A stretch of 64,000 nt of DNA from Paramecium tetraurelia (taxonomy: Eukaryota): NCBI GenBank assembly GCA_000165425.1, contig CT868671.1:501027-565026 (forward strand), read 5' to 3'. The notes beneath the pieces were generated by a model. The model searched no databases and had not been told where the DNA came from. It was given only the letters and a program-made list of their open reading frames with translations. A program made the translations under genes and the position numbers. This document shows positions 25,768 to 37,469 of the stretch, in pieces. Within the stretch, counting starts at the first letter, position 1. Every line of letters begins with the position of its first letter.

Positions 25768-27801
25768 ATGACAGAACTAGATTACTCAATCTATTGCAAG
25801 AGCAAACAATAAGTATATTTTTTTGGAAATCATATCATTAACAATCAGTATATAATATTGAATAGGAGTATGATTAACTCATTCAATTTATTCTATTTCC
25901 AGACTGCAATAATATCAAAGAAAACCCTCTATTTAATTATTTTGAATAATGTTAAACTAACAATGAGGTTCTCATAAATACCTTCTTCTAATAATTGCTA
26001 GTCAGCATATTTGAATTTTAGATGGCAAAATATGTTTTGATAAATATTGTTGATTATTACACACTTAACATAGATATAAAATTATACCACTAATTATAGA
26101 TAGCAAGAACATTTCAAAGATATTTGGCAAATGTACTCTTATTATGAATGAGAATATTATAAAGTAAGGCAAAGAGAGATGACAAAGGGATACCCAGAAT
26201 AGATAAGATTAAAGAAGATTAATCTGAATAAGTTAATTGTGAAATAATTAATGATCAGAAGATAAATTATAAGGAATTACATCCTGAACTTGTTCTTTCC
26301 ATTATTTAAGTTAAACTATTATTATTTCAATTTCTTTAGTCTTAAAATTATAATATTAACTGACATGAGTGAATCCTAGCTTATAGAAAAGCTTCAATAA
26401 TATGGTAGCAAGAAAGGAAAGTATGAGAATGATCTATTAAACTCCTCTCAAGAATGCAGCTATAAGATTAGCACAAGTCCTAGATTTCATAAATTTCATC
26501 AATCTCCCGTTATTCATCAATCCCCTGCTAATGTGTCATCATCTTTAGAGCATTATCCTTTTGATAAGGAGGAAGTGCAGATCAAAGATCCTTAAGGTGA
26601 AATACGCTTCTTGCTTAATATCATAGATTAATTGTAATATGATTTATAGATACAATACAATGATAGTGAACTTATTAAATAGAAGTATTAAGAATTACAA
26701 TATTAAGTTCAAAAAATGAAGAGCAATGTCTTCAAAGAGTAAGAATAATATGAAACAAAGCAATACTGTGATTAATTAGAAAGATAAAACAAATAGTTAA
26801 ATAACGAGAATAACACATTGAAAAAAAATTATTAAGAAGTTTAATAGAAATATCTTGATTGTCAAAAAGACTTGGATAATCTAAAGTTAAATGCATCAGA
26901 ACTATTAATTTAAAATGAAGGATTGTATTCACTATTAAACTCTTTAAAAGATAAACATCAATTCGATATTGACAGTCAAGCTAAACATTTTGAGCTAATA
27001 AATCAAAAAAAGATTGATGATGAAATAAATATCATCTAGAAATAATTCAGGAGAGAAATTGAAACATAAAATTCTATCTCGGATTCATACAAAAAAAAAA
27101 TTGAAGATTTAACCAATGAATGTGAGATTAAATCAAAGAAGCTAAGCTAATAACAAGAGATTAACTTAAAATAAGAATTAGAAATTGAAATATTAAATGG
27201 AAAACTAATAAGATATCAAAAGTTAGAATAAGAGTTAGTTGATATCGATACTCTATATTAATAAAAAAATAGATTGTGTTAATAATTAGTCTAAGATAAT
27301 ACAAAATTAGGGGAAGAGTTGAAGAATTAAAAACAATAAATATAGTAATTGGATTCATCATTTAAGTTGTAATAAAACCTTTTAGAAAAGGAGAGGAGTG
27401 ATAATGTTGAAAGAATTCAATAATTATAAAAACAGTTAGATGAATTATAAAATGTGAACAACGAATTTAAGAAAAAGGAGTTGGAGCAATAAAGATTACT
27501 AAATAAATTATCAGAGTATGGAGATGAAAATATGAGATTGTTGGAATAAAATACATTCATTTTGGATAAAACCAATGATACGGAAACATTAAGAGTTAAT
27601 TATAAGAATTTAGTTAAAAGATACTATTAGTTAAAAAGTGAAAATGATGGATTAGTATATAGCATAAATTAGCACGTCACAAATAGTGCCATTCTACAAA
27701 GACAACTGTAGAATGCAATAATTGAAAAGAATGAAGTCATCACCAATCTACATTATACTTAGCAATAGTTACTTAATTTATAATATTCAATAAGTCATTG
27801 A
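25768..27801 (+). CDS. Long coiled-coil protein
   Basis: Q/E/K/L-rich frame in code 6 with a few short introns; ends ...SISH*. Confidence 0.7.
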
Positions 27802-27859
27802 ATTTATTTTATATTAGAATATTATAGGAATTATATTATAAATAATATTGAAATTTACA

Positions 27860-29497
27860 TCAATCGACTCTTGATGGTGGTTCTTTGAATTCATCCTTGA
27901 TATTCATAGTCTTATCTACTCCTTGATCACACATCATTTAACAAAACTCATCAAACGAGATCTAATTATTATGATTAGGATTGATTTCATTGATCATTTA
28001 ATTAATTTTGTCTTCCGAAATTTGTCTTCCATGTCTAGCCAAGGCTTCTTTAATATCATCCTTTTAAATGTGTCCCACATTGAGAGTATCGAAATACTTA
28101 AATAAAGACCATAACTAAAGGATAAATCAATAAATAATACTCTTTCTCTAGTGAATATTTTTCTTTGATCTATACAAGCAGCTAAGAAATCAGTATATTT
28201 AATCATTAATGGTTTTGGAGATTTGATTTCTTAGTATTGGGTTCCATCATGTTCTCCCATCAATTGGATGCCTTCATCCTCTTCTAAGACAATAGTTTAA
28301 ATTAATTGCTCAATTTCCCAATGAGTTACGATGGAACCCTCCTTAATTAAAGCTGATTTAAGTTCATCAACAGTAATAGTTCCTGAGTTGTCAACATCAA
28401 TTTTTGAGAATATCTATTTTAGATGTTGTAAATCGGATTCATTCATTTGGTTAATGAGAACTTTGGTGACTTCCTTTTTGAACTTGGCCCCTCCTCTATA
28501 AGTTTTTAGCATTTAATAAATGGTTCTATCCTATTGTAATTGAGCAGATTTAAGTCGGTCAGTAAATAATGATGATGGATTTTATTTAGTTTGGAACCAT
28601 GGATGATCCATACACTTTTTTGCAGAGGGTCTCAGATTCGGATCTTTAGAGAGCATTTAAAAAAGTAAATTCTTAGCATCATCAGATATAGTGTTCCATA
28701 CTTTAGATTCAAATTTCACTTCCTTCAATCTTATATTGAGAAACAGTTTCTCCTTAGACTGTCCTACAAATGGAGGAGAGCCACACAAGAGACTGTAAAG
28801 AAGAACACCGAGACTCCAGATATCACATTTTTCATCGTAATCTCCTTCTATGACTTCTGGAGGCATATAGAGAGGTGTGCCAATAAAAGTCTTTAGTTTT
28901 CTTCGTCTATGTACTACATCAAATTTATTTGCGAATCCAAAGTCAATCAACTTAGGTTCAGAATAGAGACTTTATTCAGTAAATAAAATGTTCTCAGCCT
29001 TAATATCTCTATGCACTATTCCTTATTCATGTATGTAGATGACAGCAGATAATATCTAAATTACGAATATATTTTACTTTAGATATAATTCTTTGTACTT
29101 AGTGTTCAGTTAAATTTATCTGCTGTTTTGCAATTCTTTCTACTAACTCACCTCCTTCGCAATATTCCATGCATATATAAATATATAATTCACTCTGATA
29201 GACTTCATAAAACTTAATTATGTTTGGATGATCTAGTTTTTTGAGTGTATATATTTCATTCGCCAATTATGCTTCCTTTCCATGAAGATTATTTTTGTCT
29301 ATAATCTTGATGGCATACTGTTTTGTTGAGTTATTTTTCATAGTAGCTTGGACAACCTTGCCGAAAGAACCTATTCCAAGGACCTTACCGAAATTATAAA
29401 GAGAATGGATGTCTGTCGTCGAAGTAAAAACAGAATCGTTATGACTAGTTTGCATTGGTACTATTCTAGTGTGTTATTTTGGTTGTAAACAACCCAT
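27860..29497 (-). CDS. Calcium-dependent protein kinase (CDPK) with MGC acylation start
   Basis: LGIGSFGKV, YAIK, HRDIKAEN, IDFGFA, GTPLYMPPE, DIWSLG; EF-hands DVDNSGTITVDEL, DTLNVGHIQKDDI, NPNHNNQISFDEF. Confidence 0.93.
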
Positions 29498-29547
29498 TTA
29501 ATTTTATTATCGCTAATTTTAGAAAATAATTAAGACTTATATATTCA

Positions 29548-30513
29548 TCAATTTAATTCGACTTCCCAAAAAAAAGGCCAATTCTTTCCAGTTATCCAAA
29601 ATCTATAGATAATTGAAATTAAAATTTACATATCTTACTCAGATTTGTACGCGATCCCACAAATACAATTACTCAAATCCATATCAGATGAAAAATCTAT
29701 TAGTTAAGAAAAATCATAATAATTTTTCCTATATTTACTGAAATGATAATTACACATAGCCATCTGTTAGATTAATTGCCAAAATGATCGGATTCAAATT
29801 TGTACTTGCATATAAAATTCCATTGACAAATTCAATCTCACTTAATCTTCCTACTGAAGAACCATTATTAAATTGCACTTAAATTATCTATTTCAAAAGT
29901 AATTCCGAGTCTAGAATCAACACTTTATCAGTTCCATTCGTTATGTAGATTTCTAATGTATCATCTTCATCATAAGAATGCGAAATTCCCAGACTCTCAT
30001 TCACATCCAAATTTAACTTTCTACTCTCCAAAACTTCTAGAGTTTCCTGATCCCTCAAGAATCTTATATTACTAATTACACTACATTATACGTTCTCTCC
30101 AGGTTAATTGATAAATCTATCCATCAATTACATCCACTCCCTGACCTTGATATATGTCATCCAGACTCACTCTTTAGGATATCGTTGTCATTAGATCCAA
30201 ATTTATATAATGGATTTCTGAATTCTCATATGATCCACATGATTCAACTAAATGAGTAGAATTAAGAAAATGCAATGCCTTTGATAACAAATCTTCTGAA
30301 TACTTGAGTATGTCCTGAAACCTCCATGTTTCTTTCAAATTTTCTTAATACTATATAATCATTAGGGTTGTATTCCAATTTTTTGTTTTGAGACAGAATA
30401 AGGAATGTCATTGAGACAAAAATTGCTAGTAGAGAAAGGATTGACAACTACTATATTTAATTCCTATTTAAAGGTATGACTCTGTTGCTCGGCTTTGAAA
30501 ACTTATACCTCAT
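29548..30513 (-). CDS. Glutaminyl-cyclase-like (plant/bacterial type beta-propeller) with N-terminal membrane anchor; active site divergent
   Basis: HTQALHF...VESCGSYENS, IYQLTWRER, ITNGTDK, LSEIEFVNG, GIAY, WITGKNWPFFWEV; N-terminal LSILSLLAIFVSMTFLIL. Confidence 0.8.
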
Positions 30514-30699
30514 CTTTTACTATTATTTTTAATATAAATTCTTAATATTGCATAGTTATTTACTTTAATTGAAATGAGTATATTATACTCACAATAATCA
30601 ATTCAAATCGATCTCCAACATTTTAATCTGGAAATTGTTGATCAATTGAAACTTTCTATTTTTTGTTTATTCTTTTCAATTCAATAATTAAATTAGTTA

Positions 30700-31179
30700 A
30701 TGATAATTTTATTCAGCATTTTCTTTGCAATCATTTCAGCTAATTCAGTAAGCGAAGTTAGATCACATACTTTAAGATTCCGTCCTAATTAGAATTTAGT
30801 TAAAGAATTATAATCTTACATTGAAACTAACTAAATTAAGGCAGCTTCAATTTCCACTTGTGTTGGAGTATTTACTTAAATTTATTAATAGTCTTTGTTG
30901 AAATGCTCAATTAGATTTGCAAATCAACCTCAATTTACAGAAATCAATGGTCACTTTGAAATTGTGTCTCTTGTTGGAACAATAAGTGTTTATGGATAAC
31001 ATATTCATATTAGTTTATCTGATACTGAAGGAAAAATGATTGGGGGCCACTTGCCATTTTATGACAATGAGTGCATCATTTATACGACTGCTGAAATCGT
31101 ATTACTTGAGCATATCGAAACCATCTATACAAGGAAATTAGATCCAACCTATGGATATTACGAACTATATATAATTTGA
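30700..31179 (+). CDS. PPC/DUF296 domain protein with predicted signal peptide
   Basis: MIILFSIFFAIISA then HTLRFRPNQNL, TCVGSL, FEIVSLVGTI, HIHISLSDTEGKMIGGHL, IYTTAEIV, DPTYGYYEL. Confidence 0.88.
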
Positions 31180-31626
31180 ATAATAATTTTCATCTAAATA
31201 CCACTTTCAACAATTATACTGAAAAAAATAAGGCTAGAAATTGTTGATAAAATAACCGATTCCCAACTTTCCAAATCAACGAGTTAACCTTATCTTATCT
31301 TATCAACTTTTTATTTTTATCAAATATTTTATAAAACGATATATATTAAAATTTTAAAGTGTTCTGTCTCTCTGATTACAAGCTTACTTATTCCTGACTC
31401 GGTTTCCCAATTTAATAAAGAAGTATAGAATATGTTGTTTTTAATGTGCCAAATTCACATGCGTTAAATTGAAACATCTACAGATTCGAAGTGAGGAAAA
31501 TGTCTGATTTTTAAGACTTTTCAACCATAAAATACTTATTAAATTATAGTCTTTGATGATAAGTAGATATATTTTAAATACTCCAAGAATAGATATTAAT
31601 TCAAAACGGAAAATAGGTTAAATAAA

Positions 31627-31854
31627 TCAAACAGAACAATCCTATTTGTCGATGACTGAAGTAGTCCTTGTCTTTTGTTAAGACTTTAATCTTCTTCTTT
31701 ATATAATTGGGTTCTTTTCAATTGAGTATTATTTTTTAATTGGTACTGGCGGAGTTTGTACAAGGCTTTGAGTTATCAAGTATGATTCGAATTTGTCTGT
31801 TGTATTTGTTTTAAGATTCTCATTTACTTTTGTTTTAGTGACAGAACACCCCAT
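31627..31854 (-). CDS. 75-aa microprotein with MGC start and KNPIIQRRR basic motif
   Basis: Complete ORF MGCSVTKTKV...EKNPIIQRRRLKSQ...DCSV*. Confidence 0.7.
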
Positions 31855-32351
31855 AAATATTTAGTTATTATTTTTAATCTTATATACTAAGTTAATGGAA
31901 TTTAATTTTTAAATAATCATTTCTACTGATAGTAGATATTGTTTAATGTATAATATTATAATTACAAGTCCCTAAGAAACCTTCTTCAAGTTTTCCCTTG
32001 GATTAATTTGATGAAATAGTATATCTACTTAAAAGAATATTAAATTATCCGAATTGATGTTTCTTTATTTAAAATTTTGTAATTGAATATTTCTGAATCC
32101 AATTCCAATTTCTTAAATTCGCCAAATTCTTGAATCAAAATTTGTTATTTGAATAAGCAATTTATTAAGAACATAGAAGAAAAATGGATTAAATAATTAC
32201 TTTTAATGAATTGGTTATTACACTAAAGAAAATAGAATACCTCATCAACATCATTATGAAAATATAATTATTGAGATATCTTTATAAAGTTTAAAGCAGT
32301 TAAGATAATTTTATATGTTCGGTTTTGTATAAGTTGATAAAAAAATAAATA

Positions 32352-32770
32352 AAACTTGAATCCAAAAAATTATTCTCCTCATTGTCGTCTTGAGTAATCT
32401 AAGCTTAAGGGATACATGTAATAATAAATATTTACAAATATACCTTTATTCACATAATCCTGATGGTTTGAACTTATAAGCTAGATTGGGTTGTTTTTAT
32501 AAATCAACATTTATTAAAAAAACAATAAATAATATTCTAAAATTTAGTTTTCAATAATTTATAACTAAAATCAAAAATTATATTCTCCCCGGAATGAAAA
32601 TAACTAATCCTTACTTTCTTTGGATAAATATTGTGATAAAAAAAAATGAATTAAAAATCAAAATTTTGTTCTTGCGGGATGAGGTGACCCATTTATATTT
32701 AAAAGTAAAACTTTTTCGTTTACGTAATTAAAATGAATTAAAATCTAAAATATTATTCTCCCATGGAATT
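32352..32770. repeat. Four degenerate copies of a ~30-bp intergenic motif (approx. AAAATCAAAAATTATTCTCCC..GGAAT)
   Basis: Copies near 32360, 32567, 32646 and 32732; the last three are ~80-85 bp apart. Confidence 0.45.
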
Positions 32771-33011
32771 TATCTAACTATAAAAAGCTTAATTGTTATG
32801 TTTTAAACTTATAAGGAAATTTATTTAAATATAAATATTTGATTAATTTGCTCATAAAACTATTTAAATGTGAAAAAGTAGACACACCATTTATGATTAG
32901 CTTGTTTTCCTTTAATCACCAATAGACATTTTAATAAAGACAAGTAAAAGTGCTCTTTACTTGAATTATATTTATTTAATATGCCATTTTTTTATTAAAA
33001 ATTCATAGTAA

Positions 33012-34128
33012 ATGAATTAAAGAAATAAAATTTAAGGTTGTTGTTCTAACTTATCCTTACCATAATTAACTAAAAAAGTATAATATCAACATCTAAAATT
33101 TAGACTGATGAAAATTGCGCAAAAACCCTTAAGTAAATAACTCCTACCAACACCTTAAAAAAAATTGGTGATTTTTAAGGTTGTGGAAGGTCGACCTCTT
33201 AATTAAATAATGCAATTTTGAATAACTTGTATGATTAAGCTTCTTAAAAATCCAAAGTAGGTGACAAACCAAGAAAAGACATGTGTAGTAGAGCACATAC
33301 TATATATCAATAATAATAAAATGACGATTAATTAAGAAAATAAATTTAATATAATGATTATTTTATCGGAGGAATTAAGGAAATTTTAGGTAAAGAAATA
33401 TGCGCTTAAAATTTAAAATAAATGTGTATAGATTAACTAAACCAAATCTACAAAAATGTAACTTGCAAAGACTAAACCTTTATTTCTAAGAAGTAATTAC
33501 CTAATATTGTTCTAACTAAAAAATATTCGATTGCTATTGATCTAGATGAAACACTTGTGCATTCGGAGGAGTTAAAACCAAATAGAAGATACGATTTTTA
33601 AAACCTCCAATTTGGTACCTTTATCAGACCTTATTGCTTATAGTTTTTATAACTGTTAAACAAACATGCTAATTTATTCGTTTTTACTTCATCCAATATT
33701 AAATATGCAACAACTGTAAATTTTTTAAATTATACATTAAGATTATGCAAATCCTAGACCCTTAAAAGGACCTTTTTCAAGGACTCTTCTTTCGAGATCA
33801 TTGTACAATCTTACAGGATAATTCTTAAGTGAAAGATATCAAAATAATTAGTAGTGACTTAACCAAAATTATCCTAATTGATAATAATCCCTAATGCTTT
33901 ATGTAGTGATCATAATTTATATTAAGTCCTGAACCTTTTAATGGTATACCTATTGTACCCTTTCTTGATAATAAAGCTGATAAGGAACTTTTAATTTTGT
34001 CTTAATTTATAGAACGAGAAATTTTCACTTCTGAAGATGTGCAGCATGTTATCAAGAGATTCTTTTAATTCTAGTAGTTTAGATAATTTGAGAATGGAAT
34101 GTAAGCTTATTAGATTCTCTATAATTGA
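33012..34128 (+). CDS. NLI-interacting factor / CTD small phosphatase-like HAD phosphatase
   Basis: IAIDLDETLVHS, IRPYCLQFL, FVFTSS...YA, FRDHC, IILIDNNP. Confidence 0.9.
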
Positions 34129-34335
34129 TTTATTTTTGTAGATAATAGCAATTTTGCAAATAATATTGAATTTATTAATATTTCAATTAATTTAATTTAA
34201 ATCTATATTTTATAAAGTGATTCTTCTTTTTCTGGTTTCAAATAAGCTAGATAAGCATATCATAAATGAAAAATACATAAAAGGTTAGTGACAGGTAATT
34301 GAATCTTTCAAATTTAATATAATATTTATGAATAA

Positions 34336-34767
34336 TCAATATATATTTCTGTAATTATAACAGTTCATTGAAGAAAGACCATTCATGTATTGTATCCAAG
34401 CTTGAGTTTAATACCATTGTTGGTAATTGTAGTTGTAATACTAAGACTAATACTAATTAAAAAGTGATTAATTATTTTGGCAGTTCGAAACCTCCTAAAC
34501 TTACACTTATTTAGCTGCCACGGGTGGTTCATCCTTCAAACATTTACATGTTTAATTTTCTTTTTCTTCTGAATGTTTTTTTAATCTTCTAGTCCTCCTT
34601 TCTTTTTTCCCTACCCTTCCTTCATGTTTGTAGAGAGATAAGATTGCTTTTCCTGTTGAAAATTTTATTCCGAATTGTTTAGCTGCCTGCTTGATTGTAC
34701 ATACCCCTTGTTTTACCTTTTCGATGAATGCTTTTCGAGTGTCGTCTGAAATTTTTGCGTATTTCAT
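34336..34767 (-). CDS. Small HTH protein (paired/Tc1-like N-terminal DNA-binding fold) with Q/Y-rich tail
   Basis: MKYAKISDDTRKAFIEKVKQGVCTIKQAAKQFGIKFSTGKAILSLYKHEGRVGKK; 143 aa, no DDE domain. Confidence 0.75.
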
Positions 34768-36217
34768 AGAATCTTAAATTAATTATCTTCAATTAAAGGA
34801 AATTGCATTGTGATTATAAATCATTAGATTTAGTATTTATCTAATAAATTATAAGTGAGTTAATTAATAGCACATGTTAATCATTTATTTAAGTTAGAAA
34901 ATTAGATGGATAAAATACAAATGGAAAAGTAAAATTGGGTCTTTTTGTTAGTATTTTTTTCAGAATATCCTTTTGATTATGACATATTATATTAGAATAT
35001 TTATTTGGGGAAAAATAATTTATTTTTTTGCTTAAAGACTTATTTTATTATTAAGTAATATCGGTTATTTTGAATAAAAATATAGTTGTTTAAAAGGGAT
35101 TTGTTTCAACTTTTAGCATACTTTAGAACCAAATTATTACAGGATTACTAATTAATTTGATCGTAGAAATATTAATTGATGAATTTTAATTTTTCAGTTA
35201 TTTACTTGAAATTATATACAAAAATTATGTTCTTCTAGGAATAAGAATAACTTAATGATGTGTAAATATTTATAATTATAAGAAAATTTTAATTGTTATA
35301 ACATATAATTTTGGATAACTATCTAAAACAGTATATCTTAATTATTTTAAAAGGTTATGATATTATAATTTCAAGTATTTTGACAAATCAATACTCTATT
35401 TTGTATAATTTAACTTCAAATCAAATTACTCTTTAAATTAATCTTTGATTACAAAGTATCAAAATTTTAATTTCCTATTTAAAAATTCAGATACGATTAA
35501 AGTTCGAGTCTTTGCAAATTATAGCAAATTTAGAATGTACTTTTAAGGTAGTACTTTTTGTACCATTAGTTCGCATAAATTGGTGAGACTTCAGTTTAGA
35601 AGGTTGAAATATAGACCAAATTATAATTTGATCATATTTCCTTACAGATATATTTTAATTCATTCTAAATATATTAATAATGGATTAAATAACTGTCCCT
35701 TATCTATAAGCCAATTAGTTTGCTTTTATATTAATTTTTAATCAATGTAGTAAGTGATGCTATTAAGTAATATCAAGAAAAAAAGATTTGAAGTTGGTTA
35801 ATTTTTTGAGAATTTCTACTTCAGTTTGCTTATTTAATTGGAATAATATTAATTTAAGCCATCCAAAAATAAATTACAGCTTTATGATTATAATAATAAA
35901 TTATAGTTAACATAAAAATTATTCTTAAAAATGTAATTAGTTAATATATCCATTTAATTATTATTCATCATCTTAAATCTGATTAATTTTTTTATACTTA
36001 TATTATAACCTATATTAGGAAAAGTGTATTGATTTAAAAATATATAATATTAAATAAAGGTTATATATATTATTATAAATACTTTATGCTAAAAACGAAA
36101 TAATATATATTGAATTCATTCGGTTTGGGATTTTAAAGATGCAATTTAGTGATATTTTGACATTTATTTGAGTCCTATAATTATCAAATTATGATTTATA
36201 ATATAAATTAATAAATC

Positions 36218-37452
36218 ATGAGAAACAAGAAAAAAGCTTTAACCAAGGAGGAAATATAATTTTACACTTAACGGAGATTGCAATATACATAAGATTTTTT
36301 AAAAATGTCTTAACAATTTGATCCAAAATTAAAGTATTTAACAAGACTTCTGATTGCAAGAAAATAGATGATGAATAGCAAGAATAATCAAGCAATGCCA
36401 CAAAGTAGAAAATGCAATAAAGTGTTTGCTTCAATGACTAAATCGTCTGAAATACAAAAGAAAATAGATTAAGGGATGATTGCAGAATCCTGTAAATATA
36501 GTTTAGAACCTATGCCAAAATGCAAGTAAAAATATTGATTGATCATAGTTTTGGTTATTCAGAGATATGTTCAAGAATTTAAACATCAATGGTGCCAATA
36601 GTTGAGAAACTAGATAAAAATATATAATAAAAGTTAGATACGCAGCACCATCATTTTGATTCAGAAAATAAAACTAAGAAAAAGTAACTGATTAGATCAG
36701 ATACATTTTATAATGAAGATTAAAAACCAGAGGAATACATAGATTCTATGTAAATAAAAAGCTAAAGATTACACAATATAATCACAAGCATTTCAATATT
36801 ACAGAGAACTAAAGCATATTAAGAATACAATCAAAGAAAGTCTTTACATCATAGGCCAATTCATTTATAAATGTGTTCAAATGATATATCTGAATAATTA
36901 TCAGAGGAAGAAGACTAGGAAGGCTCTTTCAGTAATTAAGATTATGAAAGGTTGATTAAATTTGAGAGAATGAAATTGAAAGAATAATTCGAGCAAGATA
37001 AAATAAAAAGCCAGAGATTGGAATAATATGTGTAAACTTCACTGCAAAAACTAGGATTACAGAAGAAGATGTTTTCAATGAAGGAATTGCAAGAATTCAT
37101 AAAATAATGTCAAACTTAAACCACAAATGTTGTAAATGAATATAAAACTGAGAGATAAGAATTTAAAAATAGAAAATCTTAATTATTGAGTTCCTTACTA
37201 TCCACAAAAAATAACACCTACTCTAATACTTAATCAAGATATAAGAATATCTATTCAGATACTAAAATGTCTGATGAAAATAGATTTTGTAAGACAGAAT
37301 ATAATTCAAATAAGCATTCATTCTAAAATAATAATAAAAATGATTTAATGAGATTAGGATAATTATCATTGTTTAATATGAATAAAGTTAAATAAAGATT
37401 TAACAATTTGCCCTAAAAATTTAAAAATGCTACGAATCGTAATTTATATTGA
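36218..37452 (+). CDS. Hypothetical protein
   Basis: Open frame in code 6 with one short intron near 36525-36550. Confidence 0.7.
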
Positions 37453-37469
37453 TAATTTGATTATATTTT

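Noticed and set aside
35497..35515. TAAAG-TTCGAGT-CTTTG hairpin resembling a tRNA T-arm or Pol III B box
   Set aside because: No acceptor stem, D arm, anticodon arm or A box can be built from the flanks; likely chance, and a tRNA covariance search would settle it
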